From an uncultured candidate division Zixibacteria bacterium (GTDB lineage Bacteria; Zixibacteria; MSB-5A5; GN15; PGXB01): DNA of 64,000 nt. Shown in pieces: positions 28,745 to 39,623 of this stretch. The translations under genes were made by a program, and so were the position numbers. Where the stretch lies: the NCBI GenBank assembly GCA_963702205.1, contig OY969724.1, positions 1,344,001 to 1,408,000 on the forward strand, given 5' to 3'. The first letter of the stretch is position 1. Each line of letters starts with the position of its first letter. The notes beneath the pieces are model-generated. The model had not been told where the DNA came from and did not search any database. It saw only the letters and a list, made by a program, of their open reading frames with translations.

Positions 28745-29425
28745 TTATAGAGGAGTGCCGTTGCCGTTGTAGATCAGCCCGTCCTTGAGCTTAATGATCC
28801 GCTGGGTGTGATTACCGATGTTCTGATCGTGCGTGATAATGACAATCGTGTGCCCTTCCTCGTGCAATTGGTCGAACAGCTTGATAATTTCGCCGCCGGA
28901 TTTGCTGTCAAGATTTCCGGTTGGTTCATCGGCCAGAATCAGGTTAGGTCGGTTAGCCAGAGCACGGGCGATAGCCACCCGCTGCATTTCGCCGCCGGAC
29001 AGCTCGGTCGGCTTGTTGGCGAGTTTATCGGCCAGGCCGACGGAACTGAGAACTTCAGCTACCCGCTGTCGGCGTGTTTTCGATTTGACTCCGGCGAAAA
29101 GGAGCGGAATTTCGACGTTCTCCGCCGCGGTGGCGTACGGCAGCAAATTGAAGGCCTGAAAGACAAATCCAACCTTGCGGTTGCGAATCTCAGCCAGTTG
29201 GTTGGGCGTGAGGTTTTTGACCGGCTGCTCTTCGAGAAGATAGTCACCCTCCGAGGGAACATCCAGACAGCCCATGATATTCATAAGGGTCGATTTGCCG
29301 GACCCCGACGGGCCCATGATGGAGACGTACTCGTTGTCCTGAATATCTATTGAAACGCCCTTGAGGGCACGGAATTCCACGTTGCCTGTATTGTAGACCT
29401 TTTGAATGTTGGACATCTTAAGCAT
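28745..29425 (-). CDS. ABC transporter ATPase (MacB/LolD-type)
   Basis: GPSGSGKST, LSGGEMQRVAIARAL, ILADEPTGNLD. Confidence 0.95.
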   Translation of the reverse strand: MLKMSNIQKVYNTGNVEFRALKGVSIDIQDNEYVSIMGPSGSGKSTLMNIMGCLDVPSEGDYLLEEQPVKNLTPNQLAEIRNRKVGFVFQAFNLLPYATAAENVEIPLLFAGVKSKTRRQRVAEVLSSVGLADKLANKPTELSGGEMQRVAIARALANRPNLILADEPTGNLDSKSGGEIIKLFDQLHEEGHTIVIITHDQNIGNHTQRIIKLKDGLIYNGNGTPL

Positions 29426-29453
29426 ATTGCATCCTCGATAAGTCTATGACTTC

Positions 29454-30737
29454 CTATTCATATCGCAGCGACTGCACCGGATCGACCGATGAGGCTTTCA
29501 TCGCCGGGAAAAGCCCTGATAAAAACCCGATCAATCCGAGAATTAACGTAACGATTAAGCCTATTTCGAGTGAGACGGTCGGTTTGCCCATGAAGTTGAT
29601 AGCTTCCGATTGTATATCGACCCGTTTGAACGCTTCGGTCAGGACATAGGCCAGCGCCATGCCGAGCAATCCTCCAAAAAGCGTTATCCAGAGTGCTTCC
29701 AGAACAAACTGCACGAGTATGTATATCCGGCGCGCTCCGAGTGCCATTTTGATTCCTATCTCGCGGGTTCTTTCTTTGACAGACACATACATGATGTTCG
29801 CCACGCCGACCCCGGCGATTATAAGAGTCAGGGCGCCGATCATGCCGAGAAACAGTTGAATCCCGAGGGCTATTTTTTCTTCTTCTTTTTCGCTTTCGAG
29901 AATATCCCAGGTCCACAGGGCGGATTCATCGCTGGGGTTGAATTTGTGCTTGGCGCCCATGACTTCGAACAGGTGCTTTTCGACGGCTTTGTGCTGGTCC
30001 TTATTGACCGGTCGGTAAATGATATTATCAAGGTATGGGTCACTGAAAATTCCGACGAAGGTCGTGGCGGGGATGGCGATGACGTCTTCATCGCGGCCCT
30101 GATACGAGCTCTGCTGCATTTTGTGCTTCATAACCCCGATAACCGTGAAGGGTGTCCCGTTTATTGTGATAATTTGACCAACGGGGTTAACCGGCTGGCT
30201 TGATTTGCCCGTTATATCGGACGACCCTCCGGCAAACAGACGTTCATAGACCCGGTCCCCAAGGAAAGCGACCCGCCGCCGCTGTTGAATATCAATATCG
30301 TTTACGAAGCGGCCGCCCATCTGCGGGATAAAATTGCGCAGGTCCTCGTAAATCGGAAAAAGGCCGTTGATTCTTTCGTTCAGCAGATTGCTGCCGTACC
30401 GGACGTCCGCGCCCCAGCGAATATATTCACCCGAAACCGCTTCCATCTCCGGCATTCGTTCCTTTATATAATTTATATCTTCGGGAAGCAGCGATATATG
30501 ACGTCCTTTACCGAAGCCCTCGAAGGGAATCGACGTCTGTCCGCCCCACACAATGACGATGCCCTCGCCGAGCCCTTTGGTGCCGTTTTTCATCTGGTAT
30601 TTCAAACCCTCGCCGAAAGCCAGCAGGAGCATGATCGAAAGCGTTCCCCAGAGTATTGCCAGCAGAGTCAGACTCATTCTCTTGCGCTGCTTGCGAAAAT
30701 CCCGCAGGAAGACATTTATGATTACAGATGGTCTCAT
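29454..30737 (-). CDS. ABC transporter permease (MacB/FtsX-type)
   Basis: One TM, large periplasmic domain, GVANIMYVSVKERTREIGIKMALGA. Confidence 0.93.
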   Translation of the reverse strand: MRPSVIINVFLRDFRKQRKRMSLTLLAILWGTLSIMLLLAFGEGLKYQMKNGTKGLGEGIVIVWGGQTSIPFEGFGKGRHISLLPEDINYIKERMPEMEAVSGEYIRWGADVRYGSNLLNERINGLFPIYEDLRNFIPQMGGRFVNDIDIQQRRRVAFLGDRVYERLFAGGSSDITGKSSQPVNPVGQIITINGTPFTVIGVMKHKMQQSSYQGRDEDVIAIPATTFVGIFSDPYLDNIIYRPVNKDQHKAVEKHLFEVMGAKHKFNPSDESALWTWDILESEKEEEKIALGIQLFLGMIGALTLIIAGVGVANIMYVSVKERTREIGIKMALGARRIYILVQFVLEALWITLFGGLLGMALAYVLTEAFKRVDIQSEAINFMGKPTVSLEIGLIVTLILGLIGFLSGLFPAMKASSVDPVQSLRYE

Positions 30738-30743
30738 ATTTTT

Positions 30744-31979
30744 TTAAAATAGTTTCAAAGCTTTAACCGGTTCCAGTGCCGCCGCTTTGCGGGCCGGGAA
30801 AAAGCCCGACAGAAGCGCCACGATTCCCAACACGCCGACACTAATGAATGTTATAAAGGGTCTGATGACCGGAACCCCGAGTTCATCGTTCATGCCGAGG
30901 TATGGGAAAACTTTGATGATCCCGAATGCCACCAGAAACCCGAGAGTTCCGCCGAGCAGGGTCAGCAGAAGCGTTTCGAAAATGAACTGCCCCATGATAG
31001 TCTGTTTCTTGGCTCCCAGGGCCATCTTAATCCCGATTTCTTTGGTGCGTTCTTCCAGCACGACGTTCATGATATTGGTAACACCGATGCCGCCGGTAAT
31101 AAGGGTCAGGATTCCGATGAAAATCAAGAATGCCTGAAAAGCGGTGAAGAGAGTCTTCCAAAAGCGCAGGTTTTCGGTGGTGTCCCAGATCGAGAGGGCT
31201 TCCATATCGTCGGGGTCGAAATTATATTTTCCGGCCATGTATTGATAAATGGAATTCTTGGTTTGCGGCATTTCAAAAACTGTCTGCGACTGGACAATGA
31301 TGTTATTGGGATACCGGAAGCTGTACATCGTCAGGAACGTCGAAGAAGGAACAAAGCAGTTACGGCTATCGCGGCCTCCGTAGGATCCGCTTTGAACCTT
31401 TTCTTTAAGCACTCCGATCACGACAAACGGCATCCGGTTTACCAGAAGAATCTGTCCGATCGGGTCCTCGTCCGGGAAAAGTTTTTCGGCCAGCTGGTTA
31501 CCTATAAATACCACTCGTCGTTTTTCGGCAATATCGAAGGCATTAATAAATCGTCCGCCCAGCTGAGGAATAATATTCCGCATTTCACCGAATTCCGGCC
31601 AGACGCCGCTTATGTGGCAGAGCATATTATCTTTCCTGGATTTAACCGGGACGTTCCATTTACTGAATTCCGGAGATATTTTGTGGATGCTCGGATAGGA
31701 GGCTTTCATCCTGGCCACGTCTTCCTCGGTGAACCTGACGTTGCGGCCGCGCGGCAATCCCTGCCATGGTTTTGACGTGAGCCCCGGCCAGATCACGGAA
31801 ATATTTTCGCCCATCCCTTTGGCGCGGGTTTCCTGCTTGACCTGAATGCCCTTGCCGAAAGACATCAGGAGTATAATCGCAGCCGTACCCCAGAGAATTC
31901 CAAACATGGTCATGAAAGTTCGCAGCTTCTGGGAACGCATATCCCGCAGGAACTGCTTGATCGACATAAACGGCAGCAT
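30744..31979 (-). CDS. ABC transporter permease (MacB/FtsX-type), second paralogue
   Basis: GVTNIMNVVLEERTKEIGIKMALGA, FFPARKAA. Confidence 0.93.
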   Translation of the reverse strand: MLPFMSIKQFLRDMRSQKLRTFMTMFGILWGTAAIILLMSFGKGIQVKQETRAKGMGENISVIWPGLTSKPWQGLPRGRNVRFTEEDVARMKASYPSIHKISPEFSKWNVPVKSRKDNMLCHISGVWPEFGEMRNIIPQLGGRFINAFDIAEKRRVVFIGNQLAEKLFPDEDPIGQILLVNRMPFVVIGVLKEKVQSGSYGGRDSRNCFVPSSTFLTMYSFRYPNNIIVQSQTVFEMPQTKNSIYQYMAGKYNFDPDDMEALSIWDTTENLRFWKTLFTAFQAFLIFIGILTLITGGIGVTNIMNVVLEERTKEIGIKMALGAKKQTIMGQFIFETLLLTLLGGTLGFLVAFGIIKVFPYLGMNDELGVPVIRPFITFISVGVLGIVALLSGFFPARKAAALEPVKALKLF

Positions 31980-33077
31980 CTATTGAATCTCCCGGGGAGG
32001 TCTTTCCACCAGCAGGTCACCTTCGCTGACCCCGGATTTAGCTTCGATGTTAATGCCATCGGAAAGTCCGGTTTCGATTGGAATCTGGGTAATATTACCC
32101 AGTGTATCCTGCACTTCCACGAATGATGTATCATTGGTGATGTTTATTAGCCGTTCGGGCACCAGAAGTATGTCTTTGGCCTGGCTGATGATGAGATCGG
32201 CGTTGGCGGAATATCCGGCACGAAGGAGATTTTTGCCGGTTTTGGTAATTTCTATTTCGACGTCGAAAACATTGGAGCCCTGATCGTTGCGCGCCTTGGG
32301 CGATATTTTCGAAAGCGTTCCCGTTATGGTATCGTTGGGAAGCGCTCCGACTTTGATGTTGGCTTCGAGTCCGAGGTGCAGACGACCGACGTCGATTTCA
32401 TCGACCGTCCCCTTGAAAATCAGGTCGTCCATGTACGCCAGCGTCATGAGTTCGGTTCCGGCCTGGTACGATGTCAGCGGTACGACCGGGTCGCCCTCTT
32501 CGACCAGCCGCGAGAGCACCATGCCGCTGACTTTGGACCGGACGGTATTATCGACGGTAATATCGGCGATAGTCGTCTCGCCGGATTCTATCAGGGCCAG
32601 CTTTTCTTTGGACAGTTTCAATCTGAGTTCGGCTTCATCGGATGCGGCCTGTTTGGATTCGAGGTCCTGCGAGGATATAAGGCCCTTTTCAGCCAGCGTT
32701 TTAAGCCGGTCATATTCGCGCTTGGCGTTGTCGTACGATACCTGGTAAATTTCCACCTGACGTTTGGATTCGGCGAATTCCAGCGGGGTCGGGTCGGGTT
32801 CGACATCTATCAGAGGGTCGCCGACTTTGACCTGATCGCCGACCTCGACGTGGATCCTTTTGACGACACCCGAAATTTTGGATTTGACGGCAATTTCTCT
32901 TTTTGGTTCGATCTGGCCGACGGCCAGCGCTTTATCTATGATCGAACCTTTGGCGACTGGAAATGTTTGGAAACTGGTATCTTTGGAGGCGGAGCCGTCG
33001 ATAGCGAAAAATAGGACCGCCCCGACCAGAACGACAATAAAAGCGATAAACAGAATTTTTTTAATCATGGATCCCAC
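31980..33077 (-). CDS. Efflux periplasmic adaptor (MacA-like membrane fusion protein); alternative start ATG 33068
   Basis: N-terminal TM, lipoyl-like VKSKISGVVKRIHVEVGDQVKVGD, helical hairpin, beta-barrel. Confidence 0.9.
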   Translation of the reverse strand: MGSMIKKILFIAFIVVLVGAVLFFAIDGSASKDTSFQTFPVAKGSIIDKALAVGQIEPKREIAVKSKISGVVKRIHVEVGDQVKVGDPLIDVEPDPTPLEFAESKRQVEIYQVSYDNAKREYDRLKTLAEKGLISSQDLESKQAASDEAELRLKLSKEKLALIESGETTIADITVDNTVRSKVSGMVLSRLVEEGDPVVPLTSYQAGTELMTLAYMDDLIFKGTVDEIDVGRLHLGLEANIKVGALPNDTITGTLSKISPKARNDQGSNVFDVEIEITKTGKNLLRAGYSANADLIISQAKDILLVPERLINITNDTSFVEVQDTLGNITQIPIETGLSDGINIEAKSGVSEGDLLVERPPREIQ

Positions 33078-33267
33078 ACATATTTTAAGGTCAGTTGTTT
33101 GCGATAACCATAATCAAAACTACGCCATAAGACGGATTTTGTTTCGAGCCGTTCATTAATAAATTAGTTTTGCTTTGGAGCCAAAGCTTGCAGTTTATCG
33201 AGGTTTATTTCGCTTTCTATTACAGTGACCTGTCATTCGGGTCAGGTGGCCTCTTTCAAACGATGCT

Positions 33268-33296
33268 TTGACAACGCGAGGAGAATAATTTATCTT
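33268..33296 (+). promoter_or_regulatory. sigma70-type promoter of the DUF4430-kds-lpt operon
   Basis: TTGACA-17 nt-TATCTT upstream of 33323. Confidence 0.6.
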
Positions 33297-33322
33297 ATGC
33301 GCCTGCAAGATTGGAGTAAGAA

Positions 33323-33694
33323 TTGAAGTTTTGTGCGAGACATATATTTGCCGCTTTCGTCTTATTGTATGTGGTATTGCTGACGGTGGGATGTGGTTCG
33401 AATAAAACCGACGGCAGTGCCAAAACGGCGGCGCTGCCCGATAAGGCCGACAGCCTGACTATCGAACTGGACGGTAAAGATGGAATGTCGGTGCTGGATT
33501 TAACCCTCGAAAAACACGAGGTAGAGGCTCACGAGAGTCCAATGGGGACATTTGTGAAATCCATCGATTCGGTGGCGTCGGGAGATGGCTACTGGTGGCT
33601 TTTTACCATAAACGACAGTACCATTAACACCGCCTGTGACAAATACGTAACGAAAGACGGCGACGTTATCAAATGGCACTTTAAGAAACCGTGA
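33323..33694 (+). CDS. Lipoprotein with DUF4430-like (beta-grasp) domain
   Basis: Lipobox TVGC; GTFVKSIDS...YWWLFTIND...KDGDVIKWHF. Confidence 0.75.
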   Translation: MKFCARHIFAAFVLLYVVLLTVGCGSNKTDGSAKTAALPDKADSLTIELDGKDGMSVLDLTLEKHEVEAHESPMGTFVKSIDSVASGDGYWWLFTINDSTINTACDKYVTKDGDVIKWHFKKP

Positions 33695-34515
33695 GTGGCA
33701 GCAGTATGATGTCCATAGATCAAATAGTGGAATCCGGGAAGTTGTTTTTTATCGCCGGACCGTGCGCGATAGAATCGAAAGAAGTATGTTTTGAAGTCGC
33801 CGAGCGTCTGGTGGTACTGTCCGGCAAGTTCGATGTGCCGATTATATTTAAATCATCGTATGCCAAGGCGAACCGTCTGTCGGGCGAATCGTTTTCGGGG
33901 CACGGGATGGATTTCGGGCTGGAAGTTCTGGCCGAGGTCAGGGAAAAATTTCAGATACCAATTTTGACCGACATTCACGAGACCTTGGAAATCGACCGTG
34001 TGGCCGAAGTGGTCGACATTTTGCAAATCCCGGCCTTTTTATGCCGCCAGACGGAACTGGTCCGGCAGGCCGCCGCTTCGGGCAAATGGATAAATATCAA
34101 GAAAGGGCAGTTTGTATCGCCCGACGATATGGATAAAATAGCCGCCAAAGCCGAGTCGAAAAAAGTCATGCTGACCGAGCGCGGGAGCTCTTTCGGGTAT
34201 CATAATCTCGTGGTCGATTTCCGGTCGTTCGTTATGATGAAAAAAATAGGCTTTCCGGTGATATATGACGTCACGCACTCGCTTCAGCTTCCTGGCGGCG
34301 GGGGCCACAACAGCTCCGGCCAGCCTGAATTCGTGATACCGATGGCCCGCGCGGCGGCGGCAATCGGAATCGACGGAATCTTTGTCGAAACGCACCCGGA
34401 ACCATCGAAAGCCCTGTGCGACGCCGCCTCGATGATTCGGCTCAACCTGATGGAGCAATTGATCGACGAAGTGATGGCTATCCACCACAGCCGCGAAGAA
34501 GTGCAGGGTCGTTAA
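33691..34515 (+). CDS. kdsA: KDO-8-phosphate synthase
   Basis: IAGPCAIES, KANRLS, QIPAFLCRQT, IKKGQF, TERG, DVTHSLQ. Confidence 0.96.
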   Translation: MSGSSMMSIDQIVESGKLFFIAGPCAIESKEVCFEVAERLVVLSGKFDVPIIFKSSYAKANRLSGESFSGHGMDFGLEVLAEVREKFQIPILTDIHETLEIDRVAEVVDILQIPAFLCRQTELVRQAAASGKWINIKKGQFVSPDDMDKIAAKAESKKVMLTERGSSFGYHNLVVDFRSFVMMKKIGFPVIYDVTHSLQLPGGGGHNSSGQPEFVIPMARAAAAIGIDGIFVETHPEPSKALCDAASMIRLNLMEQLIDEVMAIHHSREEVQGR

Positions 34516-34516
34516 T

Positions 34517-35059
34517 ATGGCAGTCAGGAAGAAACATCTGACCCGCCGCCAGTTGGTGAAACGATTCGATCCGATCAAGCTTCTGGCGCTGGACGTCGAC
34601 GGCGTCCTGACCGATGATCATATTTTTTTCGGGCCGGACGGCTTTGAAATGAAAAAATTTCATATATCCGATGGATTTTATATGGTGTTGGCACTGAGAA
34701 CCGGTTTGGAGATTGCGGTCGTGTCGGGGCGGCCGTCGGAAGCCACGATCACTCGCATGAAAGATGTCGGTGTCAGGCATATTTTACAAGGCAAGGTCGA
34801 CAAACGCGAACAGATTAAGCCTCTTTTGAAAGAATTAAAACTAAGTCTCGAACAAATGGCCTTTGTCGGCAACGAAATTCTCGATATCGGTCTGGCTAAA
34901 ATAGCCGGGCTGTCGATTGCGGTGCGCGATTCCGCGCCGGAACTACTTGAGACCGTCGATTTTGTGACCAAAGCCAAAGGCGGCATGGGCGCGGTTCGTG
35001 AGATTATTGGAGCCTATTTCGAGAGCCGCAATATAAACCCGGTCGACCTGGTGAGGTAA
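34517..35059 (+). CDS. kdsC: KDO-8-phosphate phosphatase (HAD)
   Basis: LDVDGVLTD, GGMGAVREI. Confidence 0.92.
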   Translation: MAVRKKHLTRRQLVKRFDPIKLLALDVDGVLTDDHIFFGPDGFEMKKFHISDGFYMVLALRTGLEIAVVSGRPSEATITRMKDVGVRHILQGKVDKREQIKPLLKELKLSLEQMAFVGNEILDIGLAKIAGLSIAVRDSAPELLETVDFVTKAKGGMGAVREIIGAYFESRNINPVDLVR

Positions 35060-35067
35060 AATAGATT

Positions 35068-36027
35068 ATGATTCTCGAAACCGGAAAAGAAGTCATTCGC
35101 AAAGAAGCCAAAGAGCTGGCCGGTCTGGCCGAACGTCTCGATGAGAGCTTTGTCTCGGCAGTGAACAAGATTCTTGAATGCAAGGGTCGGGTGATTGTCA
35201 CCGGGATGGGCAAATCCGGTATTATAGGCAAGAAGATAGCGGCGATGCTCAGCTCGATCGGGGTGGCCTCGTTTTTCCTCCACGCCGCCGAGGGTGTCCA
35301 CGGGGATTTGGGACTGGTGCGCGACGATGACATCATGATCGCGATCAGCAAGTCCGGCGCAACCGATGAGCTCTATCAGATTCTTCCGGCGGTCAAACGG
35401 CTCGGCGTGGAAATAATTCTTTTGACGGGCCGTCCTGATTCCCCGCTGGCGGCCAAGTGTGACATTATTCTGGACTGCTCGGTCGAATCCGAGGCCTGCC
35501 CGAACAACCTGATACCGACGACGTCATCGACGGCGGCCATGGTCATGGGCGACGCTCTGGCAGTGGCGCTGTTAAAACAGCGCAATTTTTCTCCCGAGGA
35601 TTTCGCGTATCTTCATCCCGGCGGTTCGCTGGGGCGGCGGTTGCTGCTGCACGTATCGGACCGCATGCATGTCAATTCGGAAATCCCGATTGTAAAAGAT
35701 GACACGAAAGTCCGCGAGGCGATTTTCGAGATGACCGGCAAACGGCTGGGGTGCACGCTGGTAGTCGATAAGGCCGGAAAGCTGACTGGGATTTTTACCG
35801 ATGGTGACCTGCGGCGGCTGACCCAGACCGAACAGGACATTTTCAAGTTCGCAATGACTGATGTCATGGTCAAGAACCCGAAGTCGATAGACCCCGATGA
35901 CATTTTGGATAAAGCGCTGTCCATCATGGAAAAACATTCCATAACGGTTCTGCCCGTGATCGACAAGGAACGGCAACCGGTCGGTATTATTCACCTGCAC
36001 GATATTCTCAAATCAAAGCTGGTTTAG
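35068..36027 (+). CDS. kdsD: Arabinose-5-phosphate isomerase (KpsF/GutQ, SIS+CBS)
   Basis: VTGMGKSG, EGVHGDLG, PTTSST, HPGGSLG, CBS pair. Confidence 0.95.
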   Translation: MILETGKEVIRKEAKELAGLAERLDESFVSAVNKILECKGRVIVTGMGKSGIIGKKIAAMLSSIGVASFFLHAAEGVHGDLGLVRDDDIMIAISKSGATDELYQILPAVKRLGVEIILLTGRPDSPLAAKCDIILDCSVESEACPNNLIPTTSSTAAMVMGDALAVALLKQRNFSPEDFAYLHPGGSLGRRLLLHVSDRMHVNSEIPIVKDDTKVREAIFEMTGKRLGCTLVVDKAGKLTGIFTDGDLRRLTQTEQDIFKFAMTDVMVKNPKSIDPDDILDKALSIMEKHSITVLPVIDKERQPVGIIHLHDILKSKLV

Positions 36028-36031
36028 TTTC

Positions 36032-36961
36032 ATGTTCTTTTCCAAGGATAATAAAAGAGCTCTGGTTTATATTGCCGTCAAATTTTTCTCGGCAATATTA
36101 AACGCTGTTCCGAGATCGGCGGCGCTGTTTATCGGATCGATCATAGGAAATCTGGTCTATGCGTTTTCTCCGCACGACCGGTTCAAAGCGCAACGCAATA
36201 TCTTTCTGGCATTCGGGCGGGAGATGGGTCAAAAGCAGGTGAAAACGCTGGCGCGCAGGAGCTTTATCAATATGGGCCGGATGGCTATCGACGTCATACG
36301 GATTCGTAAACATTACGTCGAGGAAATTAGAAATCTTATCGATATAGAAAATCTGGAACATTTAGACGGGGCGTACCAGCAGGGCCGGGGCATTATCGTC
36401 CCGACCGGGCATATCGGTAATTTCGAACTTCTGGCGGTGCATTTCGCCCAGATGGGTTATAAAGTCGGGGTTATCGGGCGAGAGTTGTATGACCCTCGTC
36501 TCGATGAACTGATCCGGGGCAACCGCGAAGAAATGGGGATGAAGGTTTTCGACACCAGGCAGTCCCCAAGGGATATGATTCGCTGGCTCCGCGAGGGCGG
36601 CATGCTTGGCGCCCTGATGGATACCGACTCGTTCCGGGTGCGCAGCATGTTTGTCCCGGTGTTCGGGAGATTGTCGCACACGCCGGTCGGGCAGTCGATT
36701 ATCGCCCTCAAGACCGATACGCCGGTGGTGCCGATAGTCTGTCTGAGAAACGGCAACGGTTACAAGATCAAAGTCTGGCCGGAAATCAAAATTGAAAGAA
36801 CGGATAATTTCGAGCGGGATGTGTATAATCTCACGAAAGAATGCACCCGGATATGGGAAAATATCGTTATGAATAATAAGGACCAGTGGATTTGGATTCA
36901 CAACCGTTGGCACAACCGGCCCGAGGAGCCGATAGAATATATAGAGGAAATGGCATCATGA
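36032..36961 (+). CDS. lpxL: Lipid A late acyltransferase (LpxL/HtrB family)
   Basis: TGHIGNFE (Hx4E), DQWIWIHNRW; kds context. Confidence 0.85.
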   Translation: MFFSKDNKRALVYIAVKFFSAILNAVPRSAALFIGSIIGNLVYAFSPHDRFKAQRNIFLAFGREMGQKQVKTLARRSFINMGRMAIDVIRIRKHYVEEIRNLIDIENLEHLDGAYQQGRGIIVPTGHIGNFELLAVHFAQMGYKVGVIGRELYDPRLDELIRGNREEMGMKVFDTRQSPRDMIRWLREGGMLGALMDTDSFRVRSMFVPVFGRLSHTPVGQSIIALKTDTPVVPIVCLRNGNGYKIKVWPEIKIERTDNFERDVYNLTKECTRIWENIVMNNKDQWIWIHNRWHNRPEEPIEYIEEMAS

Positions 36962-37521
36962 GAACTCTGTTATTGATTTTGACCCTTTTTGTTTTGTTCG
37001 CCTGCGGTGAAAACGATGAAATCAAGGCGCCGGGAGTACAGGCCGGAACCGAAGCCGACTCCTCTGTCATTCGGCCCGATCAGGAATTCAAGGACGCTCA
37101 GATATTTTTGTACGATAAAGACCGTATGACCACCGATATCAAGGCCGGTTATATAGAAAAGTATGAAAAACAGGATTCGACCCTGGCGTGGCACCTGGAA
37201 GTCTTCTTTTATGATTCTACCGGCACGCAGAAATCCCATCTTGTCGCCGACAGCGGGCTGATCCGTGAAGAGGTCAATCTTATGGACGCATACGGGCATG
37301 TGAAAATTATCAGCGACGACAGCGCCAAACTTTTTTCGCAGCATCTCAATTATAATTCGGGCGAGAATCTGATTACGACCGACAGCTTTGTTACGATTAT
37401 CACCCAGGCAGGGGATACGGTTCAGGGTTACGGTTTCGAGGCCGACCCCAAGCTGGGCAACTGGTCTCTGAAACGCCAGGTGTCCGGTTCGATGAAAAAT
37501 ACCAGGCCGTTTCTGGAATAA
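36958..37521 (+). CDS. lptC: LPS export protein LptC (lipoprotein form)
   Basis: ATG overlaps the lpxL stop; lipobox LFAC; beta-jellyroll-like SHLVADSG...ITTDSFVTI...GYGFEAD; downstream of kds genes. Confidence 0.75.
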   Translation: MRTLLLILTLFVLFACGENDEIKAPGVQAGTEADSSVIRPDQEFKDAQIFLYDKDRMTTDIKAGYIEKYEKQDSTLAWHLEVFFYDSTGTQKSHLVADSGLIREEVNLMDAYGHVKIISDDSAKLFSQHLNYNSGENLITTDSFVTIITQAGDTVQGYGFEADPKLGNWSLKRQVSGSMKNTRPFLE

Positions 37522-37562
37522 TTTTCCAAATTTAATTTGCGTTCGGGGAACAAAATAATATA

Positions 37563-37586
37563 ATATTTCGTTATTTGGCGAAATAT
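37563..37586 (+). promoter_or_regulatory. ArsR/SmtB-type operator
   Basis: ATATTTCG-N8-CGAAATAT inverted repeat overlapping the end of TATAAT (37559-37564), just upstream of the arsR ATG. Confidence 0.75.
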
Positions 37587-37592
37587 AGAATT

Positions 37593-37955
37593 ATGAAAAA
37601 CCTGCTTGAAATATACAAGGCGCTGTCCGACCCAAACCGCCTGCGGGCGCTGGCGGCTCTCGACGGTCATGAACTCTGCCTGTGCCAGCTGACCGAACTG
37701 CTGCACCTGGCGCCGTCGACTGTCTCGAAGCACATGTCTTTATTGAGCCAGGCCGGATTGGTCAAAAGCCGCAAAAACGGACGCTGGGTGTATTATTCCC
37801 TGGTCGATAAATTATCGGGGTCACCGGCCCGGGAGCATCTCGATCTAATCCTGTCAGAGTCACGAAATGACCTGCTTATGATATCCGATCGTAAAAAATT
37901 GAAAGAAATCCTCAGGACCGATCCGGAGATTTTATGCAAAACATCGACAAAATAA
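37593..37955 (+). CDS. arsR: ArsR family repressor
   Basis: KALSDPNRL, ELCLCQL metal box, STVSKHM, GRWVYY. Confidence 0.92.
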   Translation: MKNLLEIYKALSDPNRLRALAALDGHELCLCQLTELLHLAPSTVSKHMSLLSQAGLVKSRKNGRWVYYSLVDKLSGSPAREHLDLILSESRNDLLMISDRKKLKEILRTDPEILCKTSTK

Positions 37956-38371
37956 AGATTCTTTTTTTATGCACCGGCAATTCCTGCCGGTCGCAGATGG
38001 CTGAGGGCTGGACCCGTCACCTGAAAGGCGATATTATCGAAGTATACTCGGCCGGGATCGAGACCCACGGATTTAATCAACGGGCGGTGCAGGTTATGGC
38101 CGAAGCCGGTGTGGACATTTCGGGACACAAGTCCAAAAATGTCAACGAGCTTTTGCACCATAAATTCGATTATGTGATAACCGTCTGCGACGATGCCGCC
38201 GAAAACTGCCCGGTCTTTCCGGGAAAAGCCAAGATAATGCACCACGGTTTCGACGATCCGCCCCGCCTGGCGGAGAACGCCGGCAGCGAGGAGGAAGTCC
38301 TGTCGATCTATCGCCGGGTGCGCGACGAGATCAAAGCATTTGTTGCGACATTACCGAATATACTGGAGTAA
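37934..38371 (+). CDS. arsC: Thioredoxin-coupled arsenate reductase (LMW-PTP fold)
   Basis: CTGNSCRSQMAEG, TVCD...NCP, FDDP. Confidence 0.93.
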   Translation: MQNIDKIKILFLCTGNSCRSQMAEGWTRHLKGDIIEVYSAGIETHGFNQRAVQVMAEAGVDISGHKSKNVNELLHHKFDYVITVCDDAAENCPVFPGKAKIMHHGFDDPPRLAENAGSEEEVLSIYRRVRDEIKAFVATLPNILE

Positions 38372-38377
38372 TTTTAT

Positions 38378-39559
38378 ATGGCTACCGACGCCTGCATCAC
38401 CAAGCAGCCCAAAGGACTGGGCTTTTTCGAAAAATACTTAACCGTCTGGGTCATCCTGTGCATTATCGCCGGGATAGTGCTGGGCAAAATTGCACCATCG
38501 GCGGCGGTGTATCTCGACAATCAATCGGTTTTCGTCAACGGCGCGCCGGTGGTTTCGATCCCGATCGCGGTCTGCCTGTTTTTTATGATGTTTCCGATCA
38601 TGGTCAAGATAGATTTCACCGAAGTGCTTCGCGCCGGCAAGAACGCCAAACCGGTTTTGCTGACGCTGTTTGTCAACTGGATGATCAAACCGTTCACGAT
38701 GTATGCCATCGCGGTTTTTTTCCTCGGGGCGGTCTTCCACGGTTTGATCGGCACCGAAGCGGTCGATCTGGTCAAGATGCCGTTGGGGGTCAATCTGCCG
38801 GTCGGGGCGTCGTACGGGTCCGGGACGGTTGTACTATCTGAAGGTATCAAGATGCTCCAGATACCGCTGTGGCGGAGTTATCTGGCCGGCTGCATTCTGC
38901 TCGGCATTGCACCGTGCACGGCCATGGTGCTGGTCTGGGGATATCTCGCGCGCGGCAATGACGGCCATACATTGATCATGGTGGCCATAAATTCGCTGGC
39001 GATGCTGGTGTTCTACGGTCCTCTCGGGGGATTTTTGCTCGGGGTCGGGCGTCTGCCGGTGCCGTGGGAAGCGCTGCTTTTGTCGATCTCGATCTATGTG
39101 GCGCTGCCGCTTCTGGCCGGGTTTGCGACGCGTAAACTGTTCATCGCCGCTAAAGGCAATGATTGGTTCGAACAGAAGTTTCTGCATATTTTAACGCCGG
39201 TGACAATAATAGCACTTCTGATCACATTGATCCTTCTGTTCTCTTTCAAAGGCGAAGTCATTCTCGCCAATCCGCTGACAATCCTCTGGATTGCGATACC
39301 GTTATTTATACAGACAATGTTTATTTTCGGCCTGACCTACGCGCTGGCAAGAGTACTAAAATTGAAATATCCTGATGCCGCCCCGTCGGCCATGATCGGG
39401 GCGTCGAATCATTTCGAGGTGGCAATTGCCACGGCCACGATGCTGTTCGGGTTATCGTCGGGAGCGGCGCTGGCGACGGTGGTCGGTGTGCTTATTGAAG
39501 TGCCGGTCATGTTGATGCTGGTGCGGATATGTCTTAAGACGCAGAAATGGTTTGCGTGA
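38378..39559 (+). CDS. acr3: Arsenite efflux antiporter Acr3
   Basis: [48 protein letters not shown]. Confidence 0.95.
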   Translation: MATDACITKQPKGLGFFEKYLTVWVILCIIAGIVLGKIAPSAAVYLDNQSVFVNGAPVVSIPIAVCLFFMMFPIMVKIDFTEVLRAGKNAKPVLLTLFVNWMIKPFTMYAIAVFFLGAVFHGLIGTEAVDLVKMPLGVNLPVGASYGSGTVVLSEGIKMLQIPLWRSYLAGCILLGIAPCTAMVLVWGYLARGNDGHTLIMVAINSLAMLVFYGPLGGFLLGVGRLPVPWEALLLSISIYVALPLLAGFATRKLFIAAKGNDWFEQKFLHILTPVTIIALLITLILLFSFKGEVILANPLTILWIAIPLFIQTMFIFGLTYALARVLKLKYPDAAPSAMIGASNHFEVAIATATMLFGLSSGAALATVVGVLIEVPVMLMLVRICLKTQKWFA

Positions 39560-39569
39560 GATTTATTGA

Positions 39570-39623
39570 GTAGGTTATGCCGACTTGCCGAAGGTCCTGA
39601 ACGAAGTGAAGGGCGGCATGACA
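39570..39623 (+). repeat. GTAG-type REP with internal insert, copy of 8066-8119
   Basis: 53/54 identity with 8066-8119. Confidence 0.9.

Noticed and set aside
33080..33322. Cobalamin riboswitch upstream of the DUF4430 gene
   Set aside because: No B12-box motifs seen; the promoter leaves only a ~20-nt leader
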